Notes: generated by a model not told the origin, from the sequence alone. A stretch of DNA of 64,000 nucleotides from Camelus ferus (GCF_009834535.1 NC_045697.1:76386001-76450000), one strand, 5' to 3'; numbered from the stretch's first letter, positions 1 through 12,243 are shown. A program made the numbers and translations.

Positions 1-756
1 GTGATTGACGGTCTCCAGTTTCATGTGGGAGTTGGGGGCTGGATACATTGAGAATCTGACAAAACTAAGGCAAATTATCTTCTGAACTGGTTCAAATATT
101 TGTAGCAAGCCCCTCTGTGCAAAATTTCACGACTTCTTTATGGTAATTAGTTTCATGGAATATTGCCAAATGGCATATTTTTTCAACTCTGAGGCCCTTT
201 GTAAGCACTCCTGGGAATGTCTGAAATATGAGATAAGCACTCTTAACCCAAAGTTTTATTTAAAAGTTTAATTAACACAAACAGCAAATGACACATTGAT
301 TGCTATTAAGAAGGTAGACTATACGCAAATCTGTGAGCCACCAAGTGACTCTAAAACCCATTTGCCTCAGCAACCACAGAGCTTGATTTCCCTCTCGAGC
401 CGGCAGGAGAGCCCTCAGCATGCATGTCCCCATCATCAGCCACCCAGGTCCGCAGGACTGCACTGTGCAGGGAACCTTGGCGCTGGTAGGGAACCATTTT
501 TAGCTGGGTCTCTGTCCAACCCTCGCCCCCTCCACTGGTACAGGCCCACCCTGCCAGTCTTCTGGTTTTTGATCTCCCTCAAGCCACCTGCCGGGAAGTC
601 ACCGGCCTCAGAGGAACTCTCTCATTCATCTGAGCCTCGTCCTGGTCTGAGAAACTCACATTTACCAAATCCTCTCTGGAGCCTCCAGAACATGGAGAAT
701 GACTTAACCTTGGTTCTCTCCAGTTTTTCCTTTGCTAGAACTTCAGTTCTTCAAGG

Positions 757-760
<4 letters not shown>

Positions 761-802
<42 letters not shown>
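761..802. repeat. (TG)21 microsatellite
   Basis: Perfect TG run seen directly; it produces the VCVC/HTHT stretches in overlapping ORFs. Confidence 0.98.
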
Positions 803-803
<1 letters not shown>

Positions 804-824
804 CAGAGACAGAAAGAGAAGAGC

Positions 825-1036
825 AGAAGCACACAAAGCCTCATGGTGCTTAGGCTCAACACCTGGCACACGGTCACTTCCGCCTCACTCTGTTGGCCAA
901 AGCATGTTTCAAGGCCAGCACAGGTATATTGGAGAGTATATTTCTCCATCTCTTGAGGGGAGGAGCTCAAAACTCACATTGCAAAGGGTATGGATACAGA
1001 GAGGGCTGGAGAATTGGGGCCATTTTGCCATCAAAC
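825..1036 (-). mobile_element. MaLR LTR fragment (MLT1 family)
   Basis: cctggcacacggtcacttccgcctcactctgttggccaaagc...cacattgcaaagggtatggatacag...ggggccattttgcc resembles antisense MLT1 LTRs; subfamily uncertain. Confidence 0.7.
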
Positions 1037-1528
1037 TGAGACAGGAGGGAAGGAGGCAGGACACAACCATTAAAAGAATGACACAGTAACTGTCAGTGCT
1101 GTGCTACCAAGATGGCAGAAGAGCCATCTCTCAGTGGACCTTGAGCTTCATTCTACGCTCATTGTAATATATTAGCATGCCAACCATAAAAGGTCAAAAA
1201 GTGGCTGGTGGCCCAATTCCTGGGAATCCCACCCCCTTCCCCAAAGTAGCTGGAATAATCCTTCCACTTGTTAGCCTATGAAGTTTCTGAGCCCATAAAA
1301 ACTAACAACCCTGCACCTGGTGGTGGCTCTCTCTTGCCTTCTGAGATGGCCTGCACTGTCCATGCAGTATGTATCTCTCTGAATAAATATACCTTCACTC
1401 CACCTATGGCTCACTCTTGAATTCTTTCCTGCACAAAGCCAAGGACCCTCACTTGGTGGGGTACATCCCAGGGACTCAACCAAGACCAGGGACACGACCA
1501 TCCATTCACACCCCATTTTCCTGTATCC
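1037..1528 (+). mobile_element. ERV1 solo LTR, MER41-like, with 4-bp TSD (AAAC)
   Basis: Starts TGAGACAGG; AATAAA near 1382; 3' part cttgaattctttcctgcacaaagccaaggaccctcacttgg...ttttcctgtatc resembles MER41; AAAC at 1033-1036 and 1529-1532. Confidence 0.8.
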
Positions 1529-1587
1529 AAACCACCAAGTTACCTCAGCCCAACCTCCATTTATGAGTAGCAAGGCATGCATCCAAC

Positions 1588-2041
1588 TGTCTTAGGTATC
1601 TGAGTTCCTCTGGAGATAATCCTGAGACAAGGATCCAAGTGCAAGTAGTTTACTTGGATAGTGATGCTGGGAAACACTGGTAGAAAAGTGGGAAAATGAG
1701 AGAGGGAAGGAAAGAATCTTTTGTTATTGAGCAAGTTCCTGCTATGGATAATAGAAGCTTACTTTTGCTGAGGACCTCCGTGCTGGTGTAGAAGTGGTCC
1801 CACCTGAAGGATGAGGGAACTGGGACACTTGTAGAGCAGCTCCTCTCAGTCACTGGTTGACAACTTCTTGGGTAGGAGTGGAGCACTCATGCACGGACAC
1901 TTTGGCCCTGCTATAGGAGCACAATGAACTCCAAGGTCAAACAGACAAAGTCTTTGGGTGAAGAACTGCCAACTCAGAAGCTGGGCAGTATGCACTGAGG
2001 TGGTAAGGCCAAGATGTGACAGGCACCAACTGCGTTCAACA
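1588..2041 (-). mobile_element. ERVL solo LTR (LTR16-like)
   Basis: tgtcttagg...cctgagacaaggatccaagtgcaagtagtttacttgg...gggaaggaaag...ggcaccaac resembles antisense LTR16A/C. Confidence 0.75.
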
Positions 2042-2119
2042 TAACACTGGACAGCTGCTGACTGCAGCAAAGCCTGCCAAAGTTTAGCAGAAAGATTATG
2101 GGTAAATCCAGTTTTTAGC

Positions 2120-2250
2120 CATGAACAAACTCCCTGACATCTCTGAACTTCATTTTCCTCAATGATAGGTACTTCATAGGCATTTTATGCAGATAAAATT
2201 GAGATGATGTGTTTATAGTGCCTGGTTGGTAAATAAATGCTAGATGTTGA
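2120..2250 (+). mobile_element. MIR SINE fragment
   Basis: ctctgaacttcattttcctc...aattgagatgatgtgtttatagtgcctgg, degenerate MIR core and tail. Confidence 0.55.
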
Positions 2251-3730
2251 TATCAAGATATTTTTATTTCCATTCATTTATTTCTCAATAATTTGAGTGG
2301 AAACAAATACAACCTTTGAAATGTTTCCTTGGGCCCCCTGTTTTATATACTCCAATCCTTCTTTGGCATGTACGACAGGATTCCAACAGCAAGGGACAGA
2401 ATGGAACTGGGAAGTTCGAGAAGTGGTAACATCTTTACATAGCTTGATAACACAGTAAGTGCATCCACATGCAACTTTTCTTCCTCCAGTGAAACTGGTT
2501 CAGCATCAACCAAATGCCTGCAACAGACAACTCTCTCCTGGGTGCAGACAGAACTGAATGTGCACCGACAGCAGTCAGCACACATTTAATTACATTGTGC
2601 TTTGCACTAAAGCCACTCCTTCCTCAGCCTTTCTGGAAGACGTCCGGACCAATGCTTATCGTGTTTTTGACCTATCATAATTGGTCCCAGTTTAATGATA
2701 TAAAAATGCTAAAGTATACTTCCCTTTGTCTTTGAAGTCTGTGTTTTAGACTTTTCACTCCTTTTCAAGAAGCCAAGGGCTGCCCTGGGTACGAGGACAG
2801 GGGAGCAGATGAATGCAAATTGATCGTGCTGCGGGGAGAGGGCGAGGCTGGATCACTGGGCAGGCAGGTTCTCAGATATGCATCTACTTACTTATTCCAC
2901 TAAGTACCCAGAGGCTTCATTTGACTGTATAAACTTCACCAGTGTGCTTGAAGACACTAATTTGGTTTCCACTGGAGGACTGGAAAAAAGTTTTTCACAG
3001 CATCAAAACCTGCAAGAGACTTGGAGAGATTATTTGGGTCATTATATTGCCTCTAGGCAAGTCCTCCTGGAAGCCATCTGTGTCAGATGAGAATTGCCTC
3101 TACTGAAGGGCCAGGGGAATGGCTGAGTGTCCTGAGGGCGGCTGCGGGGGAGCTGTTCCTTTGGTCTAAATAAAACCCCTCCTGTTACGCTATAGTTAAA
3201 AAAAAAAAAATCCCCCTTTTTCCTGTCCTTGATAGAAAGAGTGCCAGCATCTCCGTAAAATCTATTGTCCTTTTTGAAAAACGTTTTCCTATGTTCTCAG
3301 CACTCTCTTACCAGCCTTTCCTCAAAATGCTAATCTTTCTGCTCATATTTTAATGGAGGTCTTTCAAAATTTGCTTCAAGTAGTTGGTAAACTTTTTAAT
3401 TGCGAAGTCCAACTCCGGACTTGAGGGGCACCTTGTGTGTAAATGAGAGTGCGTGGGTGACAGGGAACTAATTCTCCCTGGGTTGATTTTTTTTGGATAG
3501 AGTTAAGAGGGGAGTTCTTTCTCTTTACACACCCATTTATCGCCTGCTCCCCACCAACAGCTCTGAGAACAAGAATAGCAGAGAAGAAAGCCTTTCTTCC
3601 TCCCCATTATTAAAGAAGAGACAAAGGGCGCAAGTTCCAGGGAGCGATAATGCCAGAGTTTTGAATTCACATAAACATACAGATGATGGACAACAGGTCT
3701 TTTCCAGTTAGTTTTTATTAAGAATGGTTG

Positions 3731-3896
3731 GGGGCGGGGGAGGGTATAGCTCAGTGGTAGAGTGCATGCTCAGCATGCACGAGGTCCTGGGTTCAATTCC
3801 CAGTGCCTACATTTAGATAAATAAATGAAAATAAGTAAAAATAACTATCTCCCCCCAAATAAAAATAAATAGGTAAAAGTTAAAAAAGAAAAAAAG
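3731..3896 (+). mobile_element. tRNA-Ala-derived SINE (Vic-1-like), TSD-flanked
   Basis: Head ggggagggtatagctcagtggtagagtgcatgctcagcatgcacgaggtcctgggttcaattccc has A and B boxes; A-rich tail; TSD gaatggttg at 3722-3730 and 3897-3905. Confidence 0.9.
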
Positions 3897-4692
3897 GAAT
3901 GGTTGCATACAAGGGTACCTCTGATAAGGAAAAGAGCACAAAAGGGCGTTTGTCATTCTTTGAGGCCATTCTATAACTTTTAAACATTCTTCCTATGTTT
4001 CAGAAATTTTTTATATGTCTTCCCCAGTTTTGAAAAAGTTACTCAGTTTCCCAGCCATGCTTGCTGTTGTGCATAATTTTAAACAATGTTAAGATTTCCA
4101 CTCAGAAAAGAGCACATTGAGAAAGGACATCATTTAGCAAAGTTGGTGGTGAAGGCACCATGGAAAGCTGGGCAGATCCTCAGTGTGAACCGCCCTGTCT
4201 GGCCCTCCAATGGCAGCAGCAGGGGCTTCATAGAAGCAATCACATGACAAAGTGTGGGCACAACTCCTATCTGCAACCTGTCCCTTCATAATTTAATTTT
4301 CTGCTTAAACTGGCTACAGTGTGTCCTATCTACTGTCTGGAAAGACTGACTGATGCAGTGTGGCGTCAACAATAGCATTCCACCGGGGAATTGCTTTGAT
4401 TCCACTAATACTCAATGTACTTTTCATTCTGTTGAAATTCCTACCAGACTCTTCAAAAATACCACAGCCATTTCCCTATGGAGACAAACCCATGGGATCT
4501 GGGCATTGAAGTGGCCCTTTTAAGAACTATAAATAATTCTCTCTGATATATTGCTTTTTGGGTTTGAAGGATTAACATAACAGAAAGGACCAAAAAAAAA
4601 AAAAAATCCAAGTTTTGAATACTAAGTTAGTGTGACCTAAATCACAGACTGGGTTCCCATAAGATTTCTGCACATTTAAGAGAAAGAGGTTT

Positions 4693-4790
4693 GGGGTGGG
4701 GGTATAGCTTAGTGGTAGAGCATGTGCTTAGCATGCACGAGGTCCTGGGTGCAATTCCCAGTACCTTCATTAACAAAAAAGAAAAGAGAG
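4693..4790 (+). mobile_element. tRNA-Ala-derived SINE (Vic-1-like)
   Basis: ggggtatagcttagtggtagagcatgtgcttagcatgcacgaggtcctgggtgcaattcccagtacc followed by an A/GA-rich tail; same family as the 3731 copy. Confidence 0.88.
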
Positions 4791-5170
4791 AGAGAGAAGT
4801 GCGGTGACAACAGGGTGTGTAGCAGGACAGCTGGTGCCTCCAGAAGTTCTGCTAAAACAGTGGTTTTCAACCTCGACTGCAAGGTCATTGTGTACTGACA
4901 CCAGACTGCATCGCAGGAACACCCGCTATAGAAATGGGAAGAAAGGAGTAAGATTAATGCAAGATTGGGGCTTCTGCCACTGTAGTACTAAGGACTGGGC
5001 TCACTGAGTATGGCCTCTGAGAATCTAGAGTAGTGCTCAGAAAAAAATACACACCTGACTGAGGGGACAGGTCAGTTTTCCCATTAGAAACATCCTTATG
5101 ATATCTAGAAATGTTGATTTAGGTTATTTTAAGGGCTCCTTAATGATTATGGGAAAAAAATGTTGCAGAC

Positions 5171-5387
5171 CAGGGGTCCGCAAACTACCCCCTGCAGGCC
5201 AAATCTGGCGCCTGTTGTTGCGAACAAGCTCACTGGAATGCGGGCATTCTCATTCGTTTAAGTATCTCTATAGCTGCTTTTAAACTACAACCACAGACGT
5301 TGAGTAGCTGCAAGAAAGATCCTGTGGCTTGCAAAGCCAGAAATATTTACTATCTGTCCCTCTACAGAACAAGTTTGCTGACCTCTG
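5171..5387 (+). mobile_element. MER58A-like hAT-Charlie MITE
   Basis: Terminal inverted repeats caggggtccgcaaact...agtttgctgacctctg; internal aaatatttactatctg typical of MER58A. Confidence 0.85.
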
Positions 5388-5419
5388 ATATAGACCAGAT
5401 GTTTCAAGACCTAACATCA

Positions 5420-5630
5420 TAGCAAAAAGCCAGGAAGCCCAGTGGAAAGAGCCCTGAGGTGGGAAAGAGAGGAGTGATCTGGTCTCTAGAATCAGATCTG
5501 CTCCCATTAACTAACCCTGTAGCCAAGTGCAAACTTGGCTTTAATCTCCTCAAACCTCAGTTTCTTCATTTCCAAATAATGGCATTAGAATAAGATTCTC
5601 TCAATGTCTGAAGACTCTAATTCTAGGATG
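5420..5630 (+). mobile_element. MIR SINE fragment
   Basis: ttaatctcctcaaacctcagtttcttcatttccaaataatgg, MIR core. Confidence 0.6.
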
Positions 5631-6296
5631 GTCTCAGTGAGTTAAAATTGGAAATCTTTGTGAAATTCACTGCATCCTCTTACATGTCATTTGAAAAAAA
5701 AAAAGTATCTTCTTATTCTTAAAGAACAAAACTGGTAAGATTATTGTGAAGAAAGGAAAAGAATTTAAAGGACAGAAATCCTCAAATTTGAGCACAGATG
5801 AGATATAAAATTGCACCTCACATTTTCAAGGCTTTTATTTTAACTCTTGACACACATCAGCAATCTGACTCTTTGCCACAGAGAGACAATTGCATGTATT
5901 CGCAATTTTTTCTGTGTGAAAATTTAGTTTTTTACAACCCGCTGTGTTTTTCAGGCCCTTTAACTAATAGGCTTTTATCACCTTATGATTGCCTGATTTT
6001 CTCTTAATTGCTTTATGACAATACAATTTATTTTGATCACTCCCACCCTGCGGTTTTACTTTCTAATGAGGACTCTATGAATTTATGTGTGCCACTATGC
6101 ATCAGCTTAATTTTCCAATCCCTCTACTTCCCCATAAATGGAGAAGTGGAACTGGAGGAAGGCACAAGAGCCACTGGGCGCCCTTCCTGCTCCCCATGTG
6201 GGGCACAGTCTGCACGTGGCGGTTCCATTCTCCCCAGTAAGCCTCAGCCCCATGCACTCATGCTGTGGAGGCCTCCACATGGCTCTTTGAGGTGTT

Positions 6297-6300
<4 letters not shown>

Positions 6301-6330
<30 letters not shown>
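6301..6330. repeat. (CA)15 microsatellite
   Basis: Perfect CA run. Confidence 0.97.
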
Positions 6331-6331
<1 letters not shown>

Positions 6332-6784
6332 TGTGTATGAAGGGGACAACCTGGCCCAAGGCCATTTGAAGGCACGAAGTTCCTCTTGGTCTGTGATTTG
6401 GACTTTATCTCCCCATACACAGTGTTTATTAGGTGTTTAATTTGGATACGTGGATGAGTTCATTGTTTTGAAAACAACCTGAATAAGTTCAGAACTGATT
6501 TTCGAAACACCCCTTCATTTTTCTTCATAAATTCTACAGTGAAGGTTTCTCCCAAGTCATTTTATAAGTATAAACACACTTTGGGTTCATTCAGTTCAGC
6601 TTGACATGAATGCATCATGCATCTCTAGCAGCGACTGTGTTCAGTTCTCAGTGCTGAAGATACACAAGGAGCCCAGACACTGAAATCCACAAGACGGGGG
6701 CAGTGATGGACAGGATGAGGCCTCATCTCCCTATAATACAGAGTAGATTGTGATCCATTGTTTCTGCCAAGTATCTTAAAGATT

Positions 6785-7190
6785 TGATAATAGCTACCAT
6801 TTTTTTGAGAGTCTACCTTGTGTCAGGAACTTTATATACCATTTCCTTAAATCTTCCAGCAGATTTAATAAATTGATAAGCTTTATTCTCATTTATGAAC
6901 TGCACTGACCAAGGGTCAACATATGGTAGAGCTGGGGTTTGTGGCAAGTATGTTTTGACCCTAGAGCCCTGCTCTCACAAGGGTCCATTTGGTCTTTCTT
7001 TCAAAGAAATTTCTCCTTTATTAGCTCATCTGATCCTACAGCAACCCTGCTAAGGTGACAGGGCAGGCATCGCATGCTCCCTTTTTACAGACAAAAACTG
7101 GGGAATAAGTGTTGTTCCCCAAACTTATGCGGAAGAGAATCAGAAAAGCCAGGCTTCCTGATCCCCGATTTACTGCTCATTCCATAAGCA
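6785..7190 (-). mobile_element. MIR SINE fragments
   Basis: ataatagctaccattttttgag...gtgtcagg...ggtagagctgggg and ccctttttacagacaaaaactggg, antisense MIR motifs. Confidence 0.55.
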
Positions 7191-7249
7191 CATTAAAAAA
7201 AATTAATACCTGTAATCAAACTAGAAAATTTAGTGAGAAGTGTGCTTAC

Positions 7250-7460
7250 ACGTAAGTCAGAGGACCTGCACTCTCCCAAATCTTAACTCAGCAACTAACA
7301 GTTGGCAGAGTCTTCTGGCCCCGTGACCAGTAATCAGCTCTATGGTCTTAGACGAGTAGCTTAACTCCTTTAGGCCTCCCCACCTTCACCTGTAAAAACG
7401 AAAAGGCTGAACTAGGTGGTCCCTGAGGCTCCCTCCAGATCTAGGGGTCTGTAAGTCTAT
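7250..7460 (+). mobile_element. MIR SINE fragment
   Basis: agtcagaggacctg...cttaactcctttaggcctc...cacctgtaaaa...ggctgaactagg. Confidence 0.5.
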
Positions 7461-7964
7461 GACCTAGGACCAGTGTAGAATGACCGTGACCAACGTGGCC
7501 TGGAGACAAAAACTATTTGCTTAGATCACACCACTGTGCAGAGAGAACCCAGGGAATGGTTTCGTTTAAATTTACAGTCAGAATGGTCATTGGAACCATT
7601 GGGACCACACCTGCAATTAACTAATGAATTTGGGCCATACAGACAAATAGGTCATATAGCTCACTGAAGAAGTTTAATGTGAGGGTAAAATGAAGTTATC
7701 AGATGCCCTTTCGAATGTGAAACATGCTGCTTTCAGAGCTAAAGAATTACATTTAGTTTTAATTTGAAAAAACAGAATAGCTGTTTCAACTCCCTGCTTT
7801 GTCCTATTTGTAATGCCACAACATCACACTGAAGACTTCCGGTCTCTTTAACTCCTTTCTCTTGATCACGTTAGTGTCCTGCAATATTTTCCACCACCTC
7901 TACAACAGAGGCTGGGGGCAGTACACAGATGAAGGTTGTGGGTTACTTTCTCAGCTTAGCCACA

Positions 7965-8180
7965 ATTACAATAACTGCCAACTTTTACTGAGCGCTTAGT
8001 GTGTGTTAGGCCTTCCACTTAGCTCACCTCACTTAATCTCCACAACAGTCCTGGGGAAGTCAGCATCTTTTTTATTAATGAGGCCACTACAGCTTTAAAC
8101 TGGAGAGTTTGAGTAACCTCACCATCACACAGGCCCACAAAACTGTAAAACCAGAATCTGAACCCAGAGAGTTTGCCCTG
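7965..8180 (-). mobile_element. MIR SINE fragment
   Basis: ttactgagcgcttagtgtgtg...cacttaatctccacaacagtcctgggg...gaatctgaacccag. Confidence 0.65.
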
Positions 8181-8545
8181 AAGCACATGCTTGTGAGTGG
8201 AGTAGGCCCCCTGCGAGCAGCTCTCAGGGACAGTGCCCGCCAAGCCCTCGGGAAGAGCTTGGCGTAAGATGGGCACGTGGGCCCCGGACTCAAGGAACTT
8301 GCGGGCTAGTGGGGAAAAGACCAACTCAGATCATTGTAAGTCGGATGACTATGATGAAAGAGAAGCATGGGTGGGAGACTTGTGGTTTAACTGGCTGGGA
8401 GTGGGTGGGAGGGGAGCACTGAGGGCAGACAACAGAGCAAGCTGTGAAGGAGAAGACAAAGATAAAAATCCAACAGGCCTACAAAGTGATGGGTGGGCAG
8501 TGGGGACAGTAGGAAAACTCCCGCTAATGGCTTAAGGCTACAGCA

Positions 8546-8559
8546 GCGCCACCTGGAGG
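8546..8559 (-). promoter_or_regulatory. Candidate CTCF site
   Basis: Minus strand CCTCCAGGTGGCGC, one mismatch to the CCASYAGRKGGCRS core. Confidence 0.5.
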
Positions 8560-8699
8560 GCAGGAGGTTAGATCACCTAGGACCCAGACGGCATCACTTT
8601 GTCATCACTGAAGTCCCCAGTGATGACCCAGAGTGTGCAGGAGAAGGCCAAATTATATTTAATGGGTACAATTTTTAAAGTACTAATACATTTGAGGAA

Positions 8700-8910
8700 A
8701 ATAATAGCAGTTGGCATTTATTAAGTCACCCTCAGATGATTGGCATGGTTCTAAGCACTAGGCACATGTTAGCAACCCTAAGTCCCAGGTACCATTAAAC
8801 CCCTCAGGTGATGTAGGAGAAACTGAAGCACAGAGAAGACAGAGCTTCCTCACTGGTGAGTGACAGATTTGAATCCAGGCAGTCTGACCCACAGCCCTTC
8901 CTGTTAACTA
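8700..8910 (-). mobile_element. MIR SINE fragment
   Basis: aataatagcagttggcatttattaag...gagaaactgaagcacagag...gatttgaatccaggcagtctgac. Confidence 0.7.
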
Positions 8911-9464
8911 TCACTTTGTGTAAAGTTTTCATTCAGCAGGGATGCCTGTATACCCCAGAGAGTAAACCTTTCTGGATAATTAAGCAATTCACTTATTAAT
9001 ATTTTGAATTTATGTTTTTGAAACTCCATTTACAAAAACGTCGGGTCACACACAGATGAAATGGTTTCTGACTTCACTGAACACATACATGTTCTCAGAC
9101 ACTAATAAAGTCACTTCAACTTTCACCACTGCAGTTTAGACAGATTTAAAGGAGGCAATCATATAGTAATACTAGGAATATGTTGGCGTAGAAGCATTAA
9201 TATCAGATTATTGTTGAAAAGAAGTGAAATGTCTATTTCCTGTGAGACACAGATCCTTTCATATCTTCCCAGTTTGTAAATCTGCGGTTGAAGAACAGTG
9301 AAATACAACACCAAATACCACATTAAAACAAAACCATAATGACCAGTGTTTGGTTCCTAGAAGAAAGTGGTGCTGTTATCAGTCAGAAATGATAAATAAT
9401 GCAATGAGAAAGCTTTGAGATTCTAACCCTTCCAGTCATAGGCTCAGATCTGAAGGAGTAAAAC

Positions 9465-9478
9465 GCGCCCCCTGGTCT
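9465..9478 (-). promoter_or_regulatory. Candidate CTCF site
   Basis: Minus strand AGACCAGGGGGCGC; ACCAGGGGGCGC matches the core, first two bases mismatch; CpGs retained locally. Confidence 0.45.
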
Positions 9479-10860
9479 GCCCCGCCGAGCTGTGGGATAA
9501 TGAGACTGGCTTGCAGCCACAGCTGTGGGTTCCCCCAGTCCCCAAACCCACAAGTCACCACCACAGGTTTTCTCCTGCCTCGAGGCAACCTTCAATTTCA
9601 GAAGGGCACAGAATCAAACAGAAAGCAATTAGTGTGGCAGAACCTTGAAAAGAAACCAATAGCCAGGATCTAGAGTTTTTTACAGAAAGCCAGGATTTCC
9701 TTATTTGCAGAGAGAAACAACAAGAACAATTAAAAGTCTCAAATCATGTACAATTACTTTCAAGTCGGGTTCGGTGAAACATAAATAAATTTCATATCAG
9801 AGCTTCAGCCCAAGTCCAGTGCTATTTGTTTGTTTTAGGGAACACTGCTTTCATCTTTGTGGAGGATGTCATAAAAGCACATTTCAAAAAATTACCATTG
9901 GCACCCAGTTTCCTATTTGATTACATTTTGGCGCACAGCCCTGCCAGTAACAGACAGCCCCTATCTTGGTCCCTCTGACTAGAAGGTAATCAGATGTACT
10001 ACCTACCTTTCACCACTCCCACCCACTACGCTGGAACAATCACGAATTATGGAAGCTACAAGAAATAACTGAAATTATTTAAGAAAGCCGGTACTTTCCA
10101 TTGTAGTTTGCCTCAGGCAAATTCATCAGCACCCCCCCCACCTTGAAGCAGCGACACTAAGAGCTGTACGAGTGAGGAGCACCAGATACCAATTACAAGC
10201 TGAGAACTAAACGCCATAATTAACGGGACATACACTTTAATCTAAAACAAGTCAAAAATGTTGCTGGATAAAGAAAAAAGTAAAGCAAAGTCCATAATTA
10301 TAATAAATGGGTGTACAGTGGGTAGATTTCTCCACCTATCAAACAACAAAGATAGTTGTGTCTTTGGGAGACTAGTCAAATGTTTTACAATTAACATTTG
10401 ACTCTGATGAAGATTTCGCTTTAACACATACACGGGTCAGTTTTACACTTGAACCTCAGAGATGTATACACATACCACCCCACACCAATTTCAAGTGGAC
10501 TCTTACAGCAAGATTATCTATCCTCTTCATAATCACCATTTGGATGAAATGTCTTATGTGTATTTTTCTGACATACAGCTTCCCTGTTTCTGTTGTTCCT
10601 TGCAGATTAGTTGATGGCTAAATGTACTTGCTATTTATCTTACCTGCTCTTTTGTGCTTTCCCTGGAAACCGTTTCATTTCAACAAACTTCTTTTTGGAA
10701 ATCAATCCTATATGCCTTGACTCTTCATCGAGGGCAATGCTCATGTTCCCCTTAGAGGCCTTCTAGAATGTGTGTCAAAAATATTGTCACACCCACATCC
10801 TGGAGGGTTTGTTTTTCTTTGTCTTAATAAAGAGTTGTGAGTACATTTGGGGAAAGATAA

Positions 10861-10930
10861 GGAGGAGGAGAGAGACAGAAACAGAGAGAGAGAGAAAGAC
10901 AGAAACAGAGAGAGAGAGAGAAAGACAGAA
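10861..10930. repeat. GA-rich compound simple repeat
   Basis: A unit close to agacagaaacagagagagagagaa occurs about 2.5 times in tandem. Confidence 0.85.
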
Positions 10931-11554
10931 CCATTCTCTGATCATTTTAAGAGCTTCTGCCAGGATCAGGGTGATATGAAAAGGGGAAAATAGACCGATA
11001 GGCGAAGGGCTTTGTGATCACAAAATGAATGTGTCAAGGTTAAAGTATTCGTCTAATCCCAGGCTGCAGGAGGAGAGCTAATAAAGTCCTTCCATGCAGT
11101 TTTATTCACCAGCTTGCTCTTGACAAATGGAAACAGGAGTGCAGTCTGGAGGCCAATTACAAATCACTCTGCTGATTCCTTTAATCCCTTTGTTTCCATT
11201 TCTGATCAAAATAATTTCTTTTAGACAGTAAAAGGAAAGATCTTATAAATAGTCTAAATCTTCAGCTTCATAGAAAGGTCTTGGCTAGACTTGTTTTTTC
11301 ACTTCAACCTTTTAAGCCATTGGATGACCCCTTCCTTCCTCAGCTACCTCAGAATGCTGGGAGGAAGCATTTGCTCCCGAGTGAAGTCAAGGCAGTGACG
11401 TGAACACAGCAACGCCCGCATTTTCCATGCGACTGATGAGGTCACCAAATGACCCAAAACCTAAAAGCAAGACCTTGCTCAAATAGCTGTTCGATCATGA
11501 ACAAAATTGGAGGAAATCATCCTTCACTGTTACTATCTCCAGGGATGATGAAGA

Positions 11555-11730
11555 CAATAACCAGCATCTCCTTGGTACTTCTTACAGGCCAGGCACTGTG
11601 CTAAGCTCGTTACACTCACTCTCATTGCAGCCCTACAGGGTAAGGACTATACATTATTTCTCAGGGAGAACTAGCTTGAAGATAACTAGCTGACGGCCAT
11701 CCAGCCGGAACATGGTAGAGCACAGACTTG
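11555..11730 (-). mobile_element. MIR SINE fragment
   Basis: ggccaggcactgtgctaagctcgttacac...gccctacagggtaagg...ggtagagcacagacttga. Confidence 0.55.
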
Positions 11731-11802
11731 AGGTCTTGGGTAATTCATCATGAGGCCTAAACTTTCAAGAGTTACTTTAACGTCTTTGAGCCTCTCAGGG
11801 TC

Positions 11803-12243
11803 TTGAAGGCCTAAACATGATATCCCCTGCTCTCACTAGACAGGCTCACCCCTGACCTAGTAGGAACGGCTCCCAACCTGGTTAGTTTTCCTATTAGCTG
11901 CACCGGCTACCCCTGACCTAGTCTGCAATCCACTGGGATTTACCACCCTGCCAGCTTGCTAAATTAGTCAAACAAGCCAATCACATCCTCCCGCGGGAAT
12001 CAGCAGGCACCACACCCTCTTGGTATCACAAAGCCTGCCTCCCACTGCCCCTTTGGTTCACTCTGCTCCCAAGTGCAACTCCCATGTGGCCCTGTATGGC
12101 ATCCAGGGTCCACGCCCCCCATGAGTATATGTGACTAATGAACTGCTTTCTGGTGATGGGTGTCACGTGTTCTACCATATCATTCTATTTAAGACAGAAG
12201 ATCCCTCTTTCACCAATAAAGTGAACAAGAGATTGTCAGAACA
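11803..12243 (+). mobile_element. ERVL solo LTR (MER74/MER73-like)
   Basis: caaacaagccaatcacatcctcccgcgggaa...gtgactaatgaactgct...gggtgtcacgtgttc...atccctctttcaccaa...aaca resembles the MER74 3' half; internal 14-bp direct repeat acccctgacctagt at 11848 and 11909. Confidence 0.7.

Noticed and set aside
296..1089. Overlapping ORFs of 185, 75 and 109 aa
   Set aside because: They run through a (TG)n microsatellite and LTR sequence; no recognisable domain or splice context.
2343..2585. Protein-looking minus-strand ORF (..LEEEKLHVDALTVLSSYVK..)
   Set aside because: No recognisable family and no convincing flanking splice sites; cannot be supported without a search.
4693..4770. tRNA-Ala(AGC)-like sequence as a real tRNA gene
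   Set aside because: The T-loop/B box is mutated (ggtgcaa), it has an A-rich tail, and three diverged relatives in the window, two with TSDs, show it is a SINE.
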